From the NCBI RefSeq assembly GCF_006345805.1, contig NC_043009.1:8680001-8744000 (forward strand): 64,000 nt of DNA, given 5' to 3'. The translations under genes were made by a program, and so were the position numbers. Of this stretch, positions 1-12,150 are shown piece after piece. Below the pieces are notes generated by a model. The model had not been told where the DNA came from. It did not search any database and saw only the letters and a program-made list of their open reading frames with translations. The DNA comes from Octopus sinensis. Taxonomy: Eukaryota. Every line of letters begins with the position of its first letter. Position 1 is the stretch's first letter.

Positions 1-1180
1 ACAAGTAAACAATTAATTATGCAACGCCTTTGCTACAAATGGCAATAAGTTATATTTACTGCTAGGTGGACTAGCCAACAAGAGTTAAATGTCTTAACTA
101 TAGAAATAGAACAGCGCCAATGTTGAGATATTACCAAAAAAAAAAACCTTGACCTTTCAGTAGGTGGGGTGATCTTTCAGTAGATGCGCCATCACTCTAT
201 CAGATTGATCAACTTGTGACACACCCTGCCCACAAAAACCTTAACAAAAAAATACACCTAATATTTAGAGTAATTTACCTAAATTTTAGAATCATCCACC
301 AGAGACAAGATATTTACACAAACAAATCTTTTTTCTTTATATTTATATGTTTTCCCTCTTGTTTATTTCTTTCTTTTTTTTTTATGTGCCCTAGCACTTA
401 GCTTTGTTTTTGCCACCACTATGCTTTTTTTTTTTTTGTCTGTCTGTCACCAGCAGGTCCTATTCTTTATTGTGAAATGGTTAGGAGTATAGTAGACAAG
501 AAGCTGTGTGCTAATGTACTGATTTGTAAAAATTATCCCACTGAAACTAGCTTTTCGCAAAAAAAAAAAATAGGTGCAAGATAGTATTTTTTTTTTTCTG
601 TTTTATCTTTCACTTGTTTTAGTCATTAGACTGCAGCCATGCTGGAGCACCACCTTGAATTTTTAGTTAAACAAATCAACTCCAGTACTTATTTTGTTAT
701 TTCAAGCCTAGTACTCATTCTATCAGTATCTTTTGCCAAACTGCTGAGTTACGGGGACATAAACACACCAACACTGGTTGTCAAGTGGTCATGTAGGTGA
801 CAAAGACACACACACACACATATATATAAAAGAACCCCACCCCCACCCATCTAAGTCAGCCCTAATCAAGCTGTCATCTTTTATTTAGATTTAGACACAG
901 TGGACCAAGGACTACATTACTCAATGTGTCCTTTTTTTTTAAGAAAAAAAAGACTAGCTGGATATGATTTGAGGGAGATTTGGCTGCTATATGTAGAAAG
1001 ATGAGCAACTGCATACAGAATTTTTCATTAACTCATGGAAGTTACTGTTGACCATTTGGAAGCATTTAAGTTTGGAAACAAGAAGGAAATGCTTTTATCA
1101 TCATTATTCCTTTTCTTCTACATTCTTTCCTTTTATTCTCCTCTTTCTATTTCATCATGGTTTCTTTGCACCATTATCAT

Positions 1181-1235
<55 letters not shown>

Positions 1236-1300
1236 GGTCCCGGGTTGAGTCGGGGTTAACCACAGTAAATAAGGTACTCAATACATAGCAGAGTAAATTA

Positions 1301-1429
1301 ATTTATTATATAGAAGGAGATTCTACAGGACTAGAACTGTTTCATTCAAAAGAAATCATCAGGAATCCTGATGATTTCTTTTGAATGAAACAGTTCTAGT
1401 CCTGTAGAAGCTCCTTCTATATAATAAAT
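1301..1429. repeat. 129-bp near-perfect palindrome of a Penelope-like repeat end
   Basis: 64-bp arms around a single base at 1365, one mismatch (1320/1410); a single-arm copy lies at 63357-63421. Confidence 0.9.
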
Positions 1430-1676
1430 ATATATATATGTATATATAATTCTAATAATTCTATTTATATCTATGTCACTCTGTCTTTCTTTTATCTGTG
1501 CTTCATTCTTGATTTCTCTCTCCATCATGTGTGTGTGTGTGTAAGAGGGAGAGAGAGAGAGAGAGGGAGAGAGCTATACAAACACATATACTTGTGTATG
1601 TATTCTTTTCTCTTTATTTCTCTCCCCCCCCCCCCATCCACCTTTCATTCCCTTTGCCCATAATTTTACTTCTAAG

Positions 1677-1911
1677 GCGGTGAGGGCGAGCTGGCAGAAA
1701 CGTTAGCACACCGGGCGAGATGCTTTGCAGAATTTCCTCTACCATTATGTTCTGAGTTCAAATTCCGCCGAGGTCGACTTTGCCTTTCATCCTTTCGGGG
1801 TCGATAAAATAAGTACCAGTTGCGCACTGGGGTCGATGTAATCGACTCAATTCCTTCGTCTGTCCTTGTTTGTCCCCTCTATTTTTAGCCCCTTGTGGGC
1901 AGTAAAGAATA
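1677..1911 (+). mobile_element. SINE family B
   Basis: ggcgagctggcagaaacgttagc ... gagttcaaattcc ... gtaaagaata; flanked by direct repeat aattttacttctaa. Other copies at about 6436-6667, 42619-42840 and 43053-43253. Confidence 0.85.
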
Positions 1912-2539
1912 AAATTTTACTTCTAAAATCACATTCCATCTCCTGCTCTCAGTTTTGTCCGCCTCCCTCTGTCTCTTAAACCCCTTCATCTCTCTCTCCC
2001 ACCCTCTCTCGCTCTCTCTTTCACACCCTCTCTCTTTCACACACACGCACACACACACAAGCGTGTGCTCATGGGTCAGTTCAAATTCATAGCTGTTAAA
2101 TAAACTATATAAAAAAATATCCCTTGTTCTTTCTAGCAAAGGTTTTCGACTTGCGGCAGGCTTCTGCCCATAATCTAAATAAGCTTGCATTGCACAAGAC
2201 ATGCATCTGTACTAGTGGCCTACATGCTCTAGTATTATTGTACATAAATATCCCAAAATGTGACAAATCAAAAACATACTAAAAAGGAAGAAAATGAGCA
2301 TGAAAAATAAACAACAAAAAAAAAGTGGGGGGAAAACTGAAAAATATAAGTCAGTGTTATATAAAATCAATAGTCCATGGTTTTTCTGAAGAAAATCATC
2401 TTAAGATGAGGAAGCCATATTTTAAAATGTGAGGGTGCGGATGATGTCAACGCATACACATACAGGCTGATGCATCGGCATATGTGCTTAGATGTGCACA
2501 CGTACTGTCGCATTCAAATACATAGGACACACATGTACA

Positions 2540-3011
2540 GACAACACATGCATATGTGTATATATATATGCTTTTATATATAAATATATATATACATATA
2601 TATGTGTGTATGTATGTATATATATGCATATATATATATATATATATTTATATATGCTTATATATTTATATATATATATATATACATATGCATGCATACA
2701 TATATATATATGCATATATATATGTATATATATGTATGTGTATATATATGCTTTTATATATAAATATATATACATATGTATGTATAAATATGCATATATA
2801 TATATATTATATATGCTTATATATATATATATATACATATGCATGCATACATACATATATATATGCATATATATATGTATATATATGTATGTGTATATAT
2901 ATGTATGTGTGTATATATATATATATGTGTATGTATAAATACATGTGTGTGTATGTATATATAATATACATATATATATATACATATATATATATATACA
3001 TATATACATAC

Positions 3012-3071
<60 letters not shown>

Positions 3072-3195
3072 CACACATACAGAGAAAGAGAGAGCGAGAT
3101 GAATAACATACATGGATGAATACATGCATATATACAAACATACACAGACATGTGTATGCATATATATATATATAACAGAGAGAGAGAGAGAGAGA
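2540..3195. repeat. Large compound (TA)/(CA)/(TG) microsatellite with (GA)n end
   Basis: Direct inspection; source of the spurious YI/HT-rich ORFs. Confidence 0.95.
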
Positions 3196-3729
3196 TGAAT
3201 GCATAAACATATACGAATGTGCACCCATAAAGGTGCATATGCACACACAGCTCAAACACGCATACATAGTGACAAATTTATTGAGTGCAATGAAAGGCAC
3301 TTCAGACTGATAGAAGCTGTTCTTTTTGTTTTTGTTCTGTTTTGTTTTCTTCTTTTTCTTTTTTTTTTTTTTCTTGTTTTTACAAGAAGAAAAAAATAGC
3401 ATAAGTCATCTTCTAACAACCTACATTACTGTTTTGAATTTTTGAATTTCAATAAGTATAAATGGAGTTTACAAGAGTAAAGTGATTGAGATGGTGGAAG
3501 GATGGGAAGAGAGCAAAAAAAATGTGTGTGTGTGTGTGTGTGTACATGCACACACACACATATATGCATACATATACAATTATCTGTATACATACACACT
3601 TATTTATAAATATATATGTTATGTATGTATAGTTTTTTTTTTTATTCATTTATTCAGATAAATGAATAAACTGTACTACACAAACTAAGTTCGTTTTTTC
3701 TGCCATCTATAAATTTCAAATGCTTCTCT

Positions 3730-3945
3730 GTCTGTGCGTGTGTGTGTGTGTGTGTGTGTGCGTGTGCGTGTGTGTGTGTGTGCGTGTGTGTGTGTGTGTG
3801 TGCGTGTGTGTGTGTGTGCGTGTGTGTGTGTGTGTGCATGTGTGAGTGTGTGTGTGTGTGTGTGTTTTCATTTATTCAAATAAATACATAAACTCTACTG
3901 CATATATTAAGCATTTTTTCTTGGCCATTTGTAAAATTCAAAGTC

Positions 3946-3987
<42 letters not shown>

Positions 3988-4008
3988 TGTGTGCTTGTGT
4001 GTGTGTGT
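3730..4008. repeat. (TG)n microsatellite blocks
   Basis: Direct inspection: 3730-3865 and 3947-4008. Confidence 0.9.
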
Positions 4009-4579
4009 TTTACCCTGAGCATAGAATTCTGTGTCAAGCAGCTACATGTGCGCACGAATATATACCCATACAATGCCTTCATCAGCAGGAGAACAAAGAG
4101 AAAATCTGTTTGAAAATGACAGTGTACATAGCAAAAGTTATGGCAGACCACTGCAATGTCATGATTTTCAAATAGATTCTCTTTGATTCGAGAACTTCAG
4201 AGTGAAGAGTGCTTGACCATTCAAATTTAACATCATAATCAAAATACAGACAAGGGCTATCAGCTTGTGTGTGTGTGGGGGGGGGGGGTATGTGTTTACG
4301 ATGCTCGAAACACTTCAGAAATGAATCAAGGGCCTTCAGTTCTTTGTATATCACTTGTCAAATGAGTTATATGTATTCTACATGTATTTTGAGGTCCTTT
4401 TTTCCCACTGGTTGAAAAAATTATACTTTTATGTAGTTTGTGGCTGTGTGTTTAAGGAGTTTACCTCCCAACCACTACGTTTCAGGTTCGGTCCCACTTT
4501 GCAAGTGTCTACTATTATAGCACCAGGTCATTCGACAGGCTTCTCTTATCCTTTTACTTGTTTCAGTGCTCGTAGGGTG

Positions 4580-4931
4580 CTAATCTGAGCGTGATCGTTG
4601 CCAGAGCAACCAACTGGCTTCCTTACCCGTGGTACGTAAAAGGGCACCGTTCGAGCGTGATCGTTACTAATGTCGCTTCACTGGCACCTGTGCCGGCGGC
4701 ACATGTAAAAAGATTCAAGCGAGGTCGTTGCCAGTACCGCCTGACTGGCGCGTAAAAAGCACCGATTACACTCTCGGAGTGGTTGGCATTAGGAAGGGCA
4801 TCCAGCTGTAGAAACTCTGCCAGATCAAGATTGGAGCCTGGTGCAGCCATCTGGTTCGCCAGCCGTCAGTCAAAATCGTCCAACCCATGCTAGCATGGAA
4901 AGTGGACGTTAAACGATGATGATGATGATGA
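4580..4931 (+). mobile_element. Short RTE 3'-end retroposon (type C) with (GAT)n tail
   Basis: gagtggttggcattaggaagggcatccagctgtagaaac ... ggacgttaaacgatgatgat; same sequence as the 3' end of the 12151-13709 LINE. Further copies at about 8110-8280, 8350-8475, 26500-26830, 26880-27058, 30405-30720, 38085-38380, 50925-51118, 58190-58350 and 60640-60796. Confidence 0.85.
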
Positions 4932-5083
4932 TTGAACTGGAACCATACAGGGGCACTGTCTTCAACAAATCGATCCCAGTACTTATTTGTTGAACAAATT
5001 GATCTCTGGTACTTTTTCTTTTTTTTTTTCTTTGTTACTTGTTTCAGTCATTTGATTGTGGCCGTGCTGGAGTAGCACCTTAA

Positions 5084-6116
5084 CCCTTTCGATACCAAAC
5101 CGCCCAAACCTGCCCGAATTTACCTATTCATATTTAAATGAGAATATCAGAGCAAATCTCTTTAGTACATTCGTGAAAACACGTATTATATTTTGTAAAC
5201 AGTTCAACTACAGTTTTGTACAACAATCGAAGTGTAATTTTAATTCCGTGAATTTTGGGAGATTTTTTTCCGAAATTTGTTCCTATTGTGTTTTCAAAAT
5301 TTCTAATTCTGACAAAAAGTGGATACGAATTTCATTATATCAAGCAGCGAGTCAGAATTCGAAGGATTTTCTACTGAAGACCTTCATAAATCTAACTCTA
5401 TGACTGAAAAAAAAAAGCATGTGGTATTTGATAATGAATCTGATGTTTCATTTTCCGAAAGTGAAAACAGTGAATCCGAGAGCTCCGACAGCGATAAAGA
5501 AAATGAATTGGCACCTGAATGGAGTGAAAATTTAAAAACTGTTTCTTTCGGTGATTTTTCTGAAGAAACTGGACCAAGCCACAGACTTTCCCAGAAGAGT
5601 AAAGCCATAGACTATTTCTTTTTACTTTTTCGAATGAGCCTATTTGAAATCATTACGGCGGAAACGAACCGTTACGCTAAACGTAAACAAAGCGAAAGAA
5701 AGGATAGTTTGTGGTTTCCAACCAAACCTTAAATGAAATTAAGACTATTTTGCCATAAATATTATTATGGGTATCAGAAAGTTACCCAGAATAACAAATT
5801 CTATCGTAAAATTTTGTTGTATACCCAATTGAATATTAGCTAATAACCCATTTTCTATAGCGATGTTTGAACAAAATTTTAATAATTTTATATTTTGTTG
5901 AATTTACATGTATCTACCTGCAATTAGAGTCACTTTGTGACAAAAATTATAGTATAGAATTGGTTGAGAACATTTCATTAAATTATCTTCCAAAATTCAC
6001 ATTAATATATTGATAAATAAAAAAGTTATTGTTGTTTAATGAAACCAGACTAAATTTATGATTACGTTAGAAATTAATTGAAACACATTTTGGTCAGAAA
6101 TATAGTAACGAAAGGG
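5084..6116 (+). mobile_element. Internally deleted piggyBac transposon with 5' transposase remnant
   Basis: TTAA at 5080-5083 and 6117-6120; TIRs CCCTTTCG(A/T)TAC. ORF 5319-5732 has an acidic N-terminus then IDYFFLLF...ETNRYA...W, continuing after a stop as MKLRLFAINIIMGIRKLP, typical of piggyBac/PGBD transposases. Confidence 0.88.
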
Positions 6117-6293
6117 TTAAAGGGTTTTAGTCAAAGAAATCAACCCCAAGACTTATTCTTTGTTAGCCTAGTACTTAATTCTATCGGTTTCTTTTGCCAA
6201 ACTGCTAAGTTACAGGGTCATAAACACGCCAAATCTAGTTGTCGAGCGATTGTGGTGGGAGGCAAACAAAGACGCACAGATAAATATATATGC

Positions 6294-6324
<31 letters not shown>

Positions 6325-6740
6325 GCTTCTTTCAGACTCCATCTACCAAATCCACTCACAAGGCTTTGGTTGACTCAATTGGTGTCTTTTGCAAAATTGA
6401 TAAGTTTATAGAAACATAAAAATAAACAAAATAAAGGTAGCGAGTTGGCAGGAACGTTAATGTGACGGGCGAAGTGCTTAGCGGCATTTCGTCTGCCGTT
6501 ACGTTCTGAGTTCAAATTCCACCGAGGTCGACTTTGCCTTTCATCCTTTTGGGGTCGATAAATTAATTACCAGTTATGCACTGGGAACGATGTAATTGAC
6601 TTAATACCTATGTCTGTCCTTGTTTGTTCCCTCTATGTTTAGCCCCTTTTGGGCAGTAAAGAAATAAGAAACATAAAAAAACCAACACCAGTTGTCAAGT
6701 TGTAGGCAGAGACAAACAGGGACATGAATACTCATACACA

Positions 6741-6771
<31 letters not shown>

Positions 6772-7420
6772 GTCTACTAAGTCTGCCTTGTAAGCAGATT
6801 TGATAGATAGAATCTGAAAGAAGCTTATCATGTGTGTGTGTGTTCTTGATATGACATTGCATGTTAGTTGTAAATAAGTGTCACTGTTGTACAAGCAGTG
6901 TTGTTCACTTCAAATATTTTGCAAAAAACATGTCTATCTGTGGGGAAATTTTTATCTTGTCCAGAAACAGGTGAGGGTTAACAACAAGAAGGGCATAAAC
7001 TCCACTCAGCCTATACAATCATGGTTGCCAAGCAATTGGTAGACACACACATGCACAATGAGCTTCCATGCAGCTCCTGTCTACAAAATTCACTCAAATT
7101 GTTTTGAGCGGCCTGAGGCCCTAGTTGAAAATCGTAACTCAAGGTGGCCATGCTGTAGGACTGAACCCAAAACCATGTTGGCTGCAGAGCGATATTCTTA
7201 ACCACACAACCATGCCTGCTCCTGACCATGGCATGTAGTTTCTGTCTATACAGTTTCCATTTCTAAGGTGCAGATCAACCCAAGTCTCTGACAGTAAACA
7301 TAGATGCTGCCAAGAGCAACCAAACCTAGAATCATGTTTTTTGCAAATTACTTTGCTACGCAGCCATTTTCTCACATACGTGAGTGTGTGTGTGCACGCA
7401 CTCGTATTTGTATATATATA

Positions 7421-7867
7421 GGCGCAGGAGTGGCTGTGTGGTAAGTAGCTTGTTTACCGACCACATGGTTCCGGGTTCAGTCCCACTACATGGCACCTTG
7501 GACAAGTGTCTTCTACTATAGCCTCGGGCCGACCAAAGCCTTGTGAGTGGATTTGGTAGATGGAAACTGAAAGAAGCCTGTTGTCATCATCATCATCATC
7601 ATCATCGTTTAGCGTCCGTTTTCCATGCTAGCATGGGTTATATATATATATGTATGTATGTGTTTGTGTGTCTGTGTTTGTCCCCCTAGCATTGCTTGAC
7701 AACCGATGCTGGTGTATTTATGTCCCCATTACTTAGCGGTTCGGCAAAAGAGACTGATAGAATAAGTACTGGGCTTATAAAAGAATAAGTCCCGGAGTCG
7801 AGTTGCTCGATTAAAGGTGGTGCTCCAGCATGGCCACAGTCAAATGACTGAAACAAGTAAAAGAGTA
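7421..7867 (+). mobile_element. SINE family A (tRNA-derived), full length
   Basis: A-box-like tggctgtgtggtaa and B-box-like ggttcagtcc; internal (TA/TG)n; dozens of related fragments across the window. Confidence 0.85.
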
Positions 7868-8570
7868 TATGTGTGTGTGTATATATATAAAGTGGAGGGA
7901 AGTTGTGGAAATGGGAGATCCTGGAAGACATGGGATGAAGTATTGAAGGCCAGTCTCAAAATGCTGGTGCTTATGAAAGAGATGACCGAGTCCTGAGATA
8001 TGTGGAGCATTGCTGTCCTCAAGAAGACACGTCCACCACAACAGAATTGAATTCCTTAAACCAAAGTGTCACGTAAAAAAATGCATTAGTGTGGGTGCTG
8101 GTGCCATGTCCAAAGAAGCAGCCAGTGCACCCTGTACAGTGGTTGGTGCTAGGAAGGGCATCCAGCTGTAGAAACCAAGCCGAAACAGAATAGGGAACCT
8201 GGTATGGTCCTTGATCTTACCAATTCTTGTCAAGTCGTCCAGCATGGGAAACCAATATTGAATGATGATGATGTATATATGTGTATATATATATATAAAC
8301 CATATACACATATAAACCATACACAGTCGGCAGGTTGAGAGATGAATCTTCATCATCATCATCTAACATCCGTTGTTCATGCTGGCATGGGTTGGATGGT
8401 TCAAACAGGGCTGGTAAACTGAGGGGGCTGCACCAGACTCCAGTCTGATTTGGCATGGTTTCTATGGCTGGATGAATAAATATATTTAACCACTCGACAT
8501 CCTTAGGATTGCAGATGTACAATTTATATGTAGGATTTATATGTACATATATATATATATATAGTATGTA

Positions 8571-8601
<31 letters not shown>

Positions 8602-9495
8602 ATGTATATATACTCACATGTATGTATGTGTGTGTTTAAACAGTTTGGTGTGGACAGGAAGAAGAAAAGACAGAACACATTTTTATTATATTATCTGTTA
8701 TTGTGTTTTATTGAAGACAGAAGCTTCATTTGTCAAGTTTTGGGTTCCACGAGAGAGGGGGTGAGACGGAGCAAATTGGTGATTGTTTTTGTTTTGTTTT
8801 TTGTTCTTTTGTGATGAAGAGGAAATTGCATAGTTTTATTTTTGTCATGTCATATTTCAGACTGTTTATAGACAAATAGGTACGGCTTCTAAGTTTGTTT
8901 CGTTTTTTTATCATTTTATCTCTGGCCTTATCAACTTTTGTATGTCTGTGGGGGGGGGGTATGAGAGGGAGAGAGAGACTGTGTGTGTGTGTGCAGCACA
9001 GCACAAGTAAGTAAATTTATTTCATATTCCAGTCTTCTGTACATGGTAGACTTGTAAGAGAGACTTTTTGTGTCTGAGTCTATTCATCCACATCTGTGTA
9101 TACTTGCATATATTTCTGTATGTATTTATGTACATACTATTGTGTGTGTGTATTCATATTTAGATGTGTGTGGTGTGTGTAAGAATGGAAAAATGTAAGA
9201 CTGCCTACAGGAATTGAAATTCATCTGCTATAAACATGACCCTGCTGACCATATGTGTGTGTGGTTAATTCTAGACGAAAGAGAACTCCGTGTGTAGAGT
9301 ATAGCCTTTTATTGAGATTATTGAACATACAATTACTCTGAGTAGCTGACTAGTTTCACTCCAGTAGGGATGAATACATACGTACATAAATATATACATA
9401 TCAAAAATAAGGGTGAAAAATTGGATATTAATTTAATAATGCCATCAATTTAACACCAAGTGGCTTAGCGCATAAAAACCAGGGATACAATAAAA

Positions 9496-9653
9496 ATTTA
9501 TACACAAATATAAGAGAGTGACCACTATATGGTCGACTCTTGCGCTAAAAATAGATCCGCTATGGTATTAGCCACTAATACCACTGGTATTAGCCACTAT
9601 TTAGCGCAAGAGTCGACCATACAGTGGTCACTCTCTTATATTTGTGTATAAAT
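9496..9653. repeat. Inverted repeat with about 57-bp arms
   Basis: 9496-9554 pairs with 9597-9653; the spacer holds a duplicated tggtattagccacta. Confidence 0.85.
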
Positions 9654-10021
9654 ATATACATAGATATATACATGCCTACACACACACACACACATACATA
9701 CATATGTACTATGTACTACATACATGCATGAGTGGTTAAGAAGTTCATCTCCCAATCCTGAAGCTACAAGTTCAATCCAACTACATGGCATCAAGGGCAT
9801 GTATCTTTTACTATATCTCCAAGTCAATCCAAACTTTGTGAATGAATTTGAGCAAAGGGGAAACTGTAAGCTTTTCTTGGAGTGTCAAGCTTTGTCGCAT
9901 ATCATCATGCCAATTCAGCATCAGTTAATTGAATAACCAAAATGCTTATTGTTGGAACTGATGGAGGTTCCTTCATCACTCACACACTCACATATATCAT
10001 TACTTTTATCTCCGTGTATAA

Positions 10022-10394
10022 TCTCTATATATATAAACAGCAAAAATGTCTGTGTGTGTGTGTGTGTGTCCTTTATACAAATCCACAATTTTTCAGTTAG
10101 AGGGCTCGCACTTTCTATGATCATTCAAAACCGTCCAAGGGTGGTCGGGCACATCTTTACATTTCCCCAGTCACCCCGCAAAGCCATTAAAAAATCAATA
10201 GAAGTGACTTTTTTGCGAATTTTCTATCCAAAACCCAATCAAAATGCCCGAAACTTGATATGCCAATTGAATGCCAGCAGGCTGTATGTGATCGGTTGGA
10301 GATTTGGACAGTACTCGCGTGTATGTGCACACGCACGCAATTGTATAAGTATGCACTAGCACTACGACCCGGTGTTGCCGGGTCATAGTGCTAG
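10022..10394 (+). mobile_element. Non-autonomous Helitron
   Basis: A|TCTCTATATATATAAA start; ends in an 18-bp hairpin and CTAG|T; inserted between A and T with no TSD; second copy at 18604. Confidence 0.8.
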
Positions 10395-12150
10395 TCTCTA
10401 ATACTTGTTTTTATTATCTCTCAACCTGCATATTGGTTTTATCTAGTCCTCAACAGGGACACAGACATTGATTGCCATATGTTTAACCCTATTGATGGAT
10501 ACCAACTTGACCAAGACTACCCCTAGTTCTATTACTCTTTTTTACTTGTTTCAGTCATTTGACTGTGACCATGCTGGAGCACCACCTTTAGTCGAGCAAA
10601 TCGACCCCATGACTTATTCTATCAGTCTCTTTTGCCGAGCTGCTAAGTTATGGGGACGTAAACATACCACCATCAGTTGTCAAGCGATGTTGGAGTGACA
10701 AACACAGACACACAAACATATACACACACACATATATAAATATATGTATGTGTGTGTGTGTGCGTGTTTAAAATTAAAATATAGTTTTTAGTATCAAACT
10801 ATGATAAAGTGATGTAGAGGCCTTATGAATGGGGTTATATTTTAAGAAAGGTTCCTGCAAAACACGGCATGGTTAAGGAACTGGAAAATAAACCTCAAGA
10901 AACACGTGTAGCCGAGATATAAGTAGTAAGTCTTAAATTAAATTAAAATTCTTTTATATGGTGGGATGAAGGGGCCTACTATCTCTAAATATATATATGT
11001 ATATATATATATATACACACACACATATATACAACAGGCTTCCTTCAGTTTCTGTCTATCAATTCCACTCACAAGTCTTTGGTCAGCCCGAGACTATAGT
11101 AGAAGACACTTGCCCAAGGTGCTATGCAGTGGGAATGGAACCATGTGGTTGGTAAGCAAGCTACTTACCACACAGCCACTCCTGCGGCTATAATGTGTGA
11201 CGCTTACAGTACCTAGGTTTCCCAAGCGGTCACCCATCTAAGTACTAACTAGGCTCGACGTTATATAAGCTTCGTGTTTTAAAGTGGACCAAATTAAAAC
11301 CCTCCTTCCAAATATCCTGTTAATTTATGTTGCAAAATCCAGCTTAATAAATGCAAAGTCATTTTAACTAAACTTTTCATTATTTTCAATATTAATTGAA
11401 ACAAAAGCACTACATTTCAAAAGAAATTTGATAACAAAAACCTTTTATAATCATGTGTTTCCTTATTCAAATTTACTGCATGACAACTTGAGCAAATATC
11501 TTGTGCAGTAGCTTCGGTTTATTCCAAGCTTTGCAGAAGCTAATTAAATGGGTTGTATTTATTCCTGTATGGCAGAATTAAACTGTTGACTAGTATAACA
11601 TACTATCTGGCACTTAGTGGATTCCACTTTTTGCAAACATTCAGAACAGATCTTCAGTCTAAGGTTAAATTATGAAGTATAGTGTCATAGTTCTTTTACT
11701 CTACCAAGACTTGAAGCTCTGCACAAGGGCTTGTTGTATTTCATCTCTGACTAAATTTTTTTTTTTTTTTGGTAAACTAATAAACTACATGTTTTCTCTC
11801 CCACCCTTCTTGTCTCTACCCTCTTCCATTTCTTACATCTAGCTGCTCAGCAACTACCCCGTTATCACTGCTAATTTCTTTCCTCTCACCATTATTACTA
11901 CTGCCATTAATCTCCATTTTGCTGTCATTACCTTCACCACTAAGCTCTCCTCTCTTCTAGTGACATAACTGTGTGGTTAAAAAGCTTGCTTTGCAACTAC
12001 ATGGGTTTGTGTTCAATCCCATTGTGTGGCATCTTAGGAAAGTGTCTTTTACTATTGCCTCATGCTGACCAATGCCTTGTGTGGGAATACGATAGATAGA
12101 ATATATGAGGGAAACCATTATGTACTTCTGTATTTATATATATATATATA

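Noticed and set aside
2488-3402. Long ORFs (up to 304 aa) rich in YI/CV/HT
   Set aside because: Translations of (TA)n/(TG)n microsatellites on all frames; the same applies to 41327-41854, 45528-46076, 46252-46703 and 63537-63948.
5384-5608. Minus-strand 74-aa ORF
   Set aside because: Antisense shadow of the piggyBac transposase remnant.
9200-9296. Candidate for the missing upstream receptor exon (CLQELKFICYKHDPADHMCVW...)
   Set aside because: No pyrimidine tract, weak donor, and Cys/Trp spacing does not fit the C-x(9-10)-C-x-W pattern.
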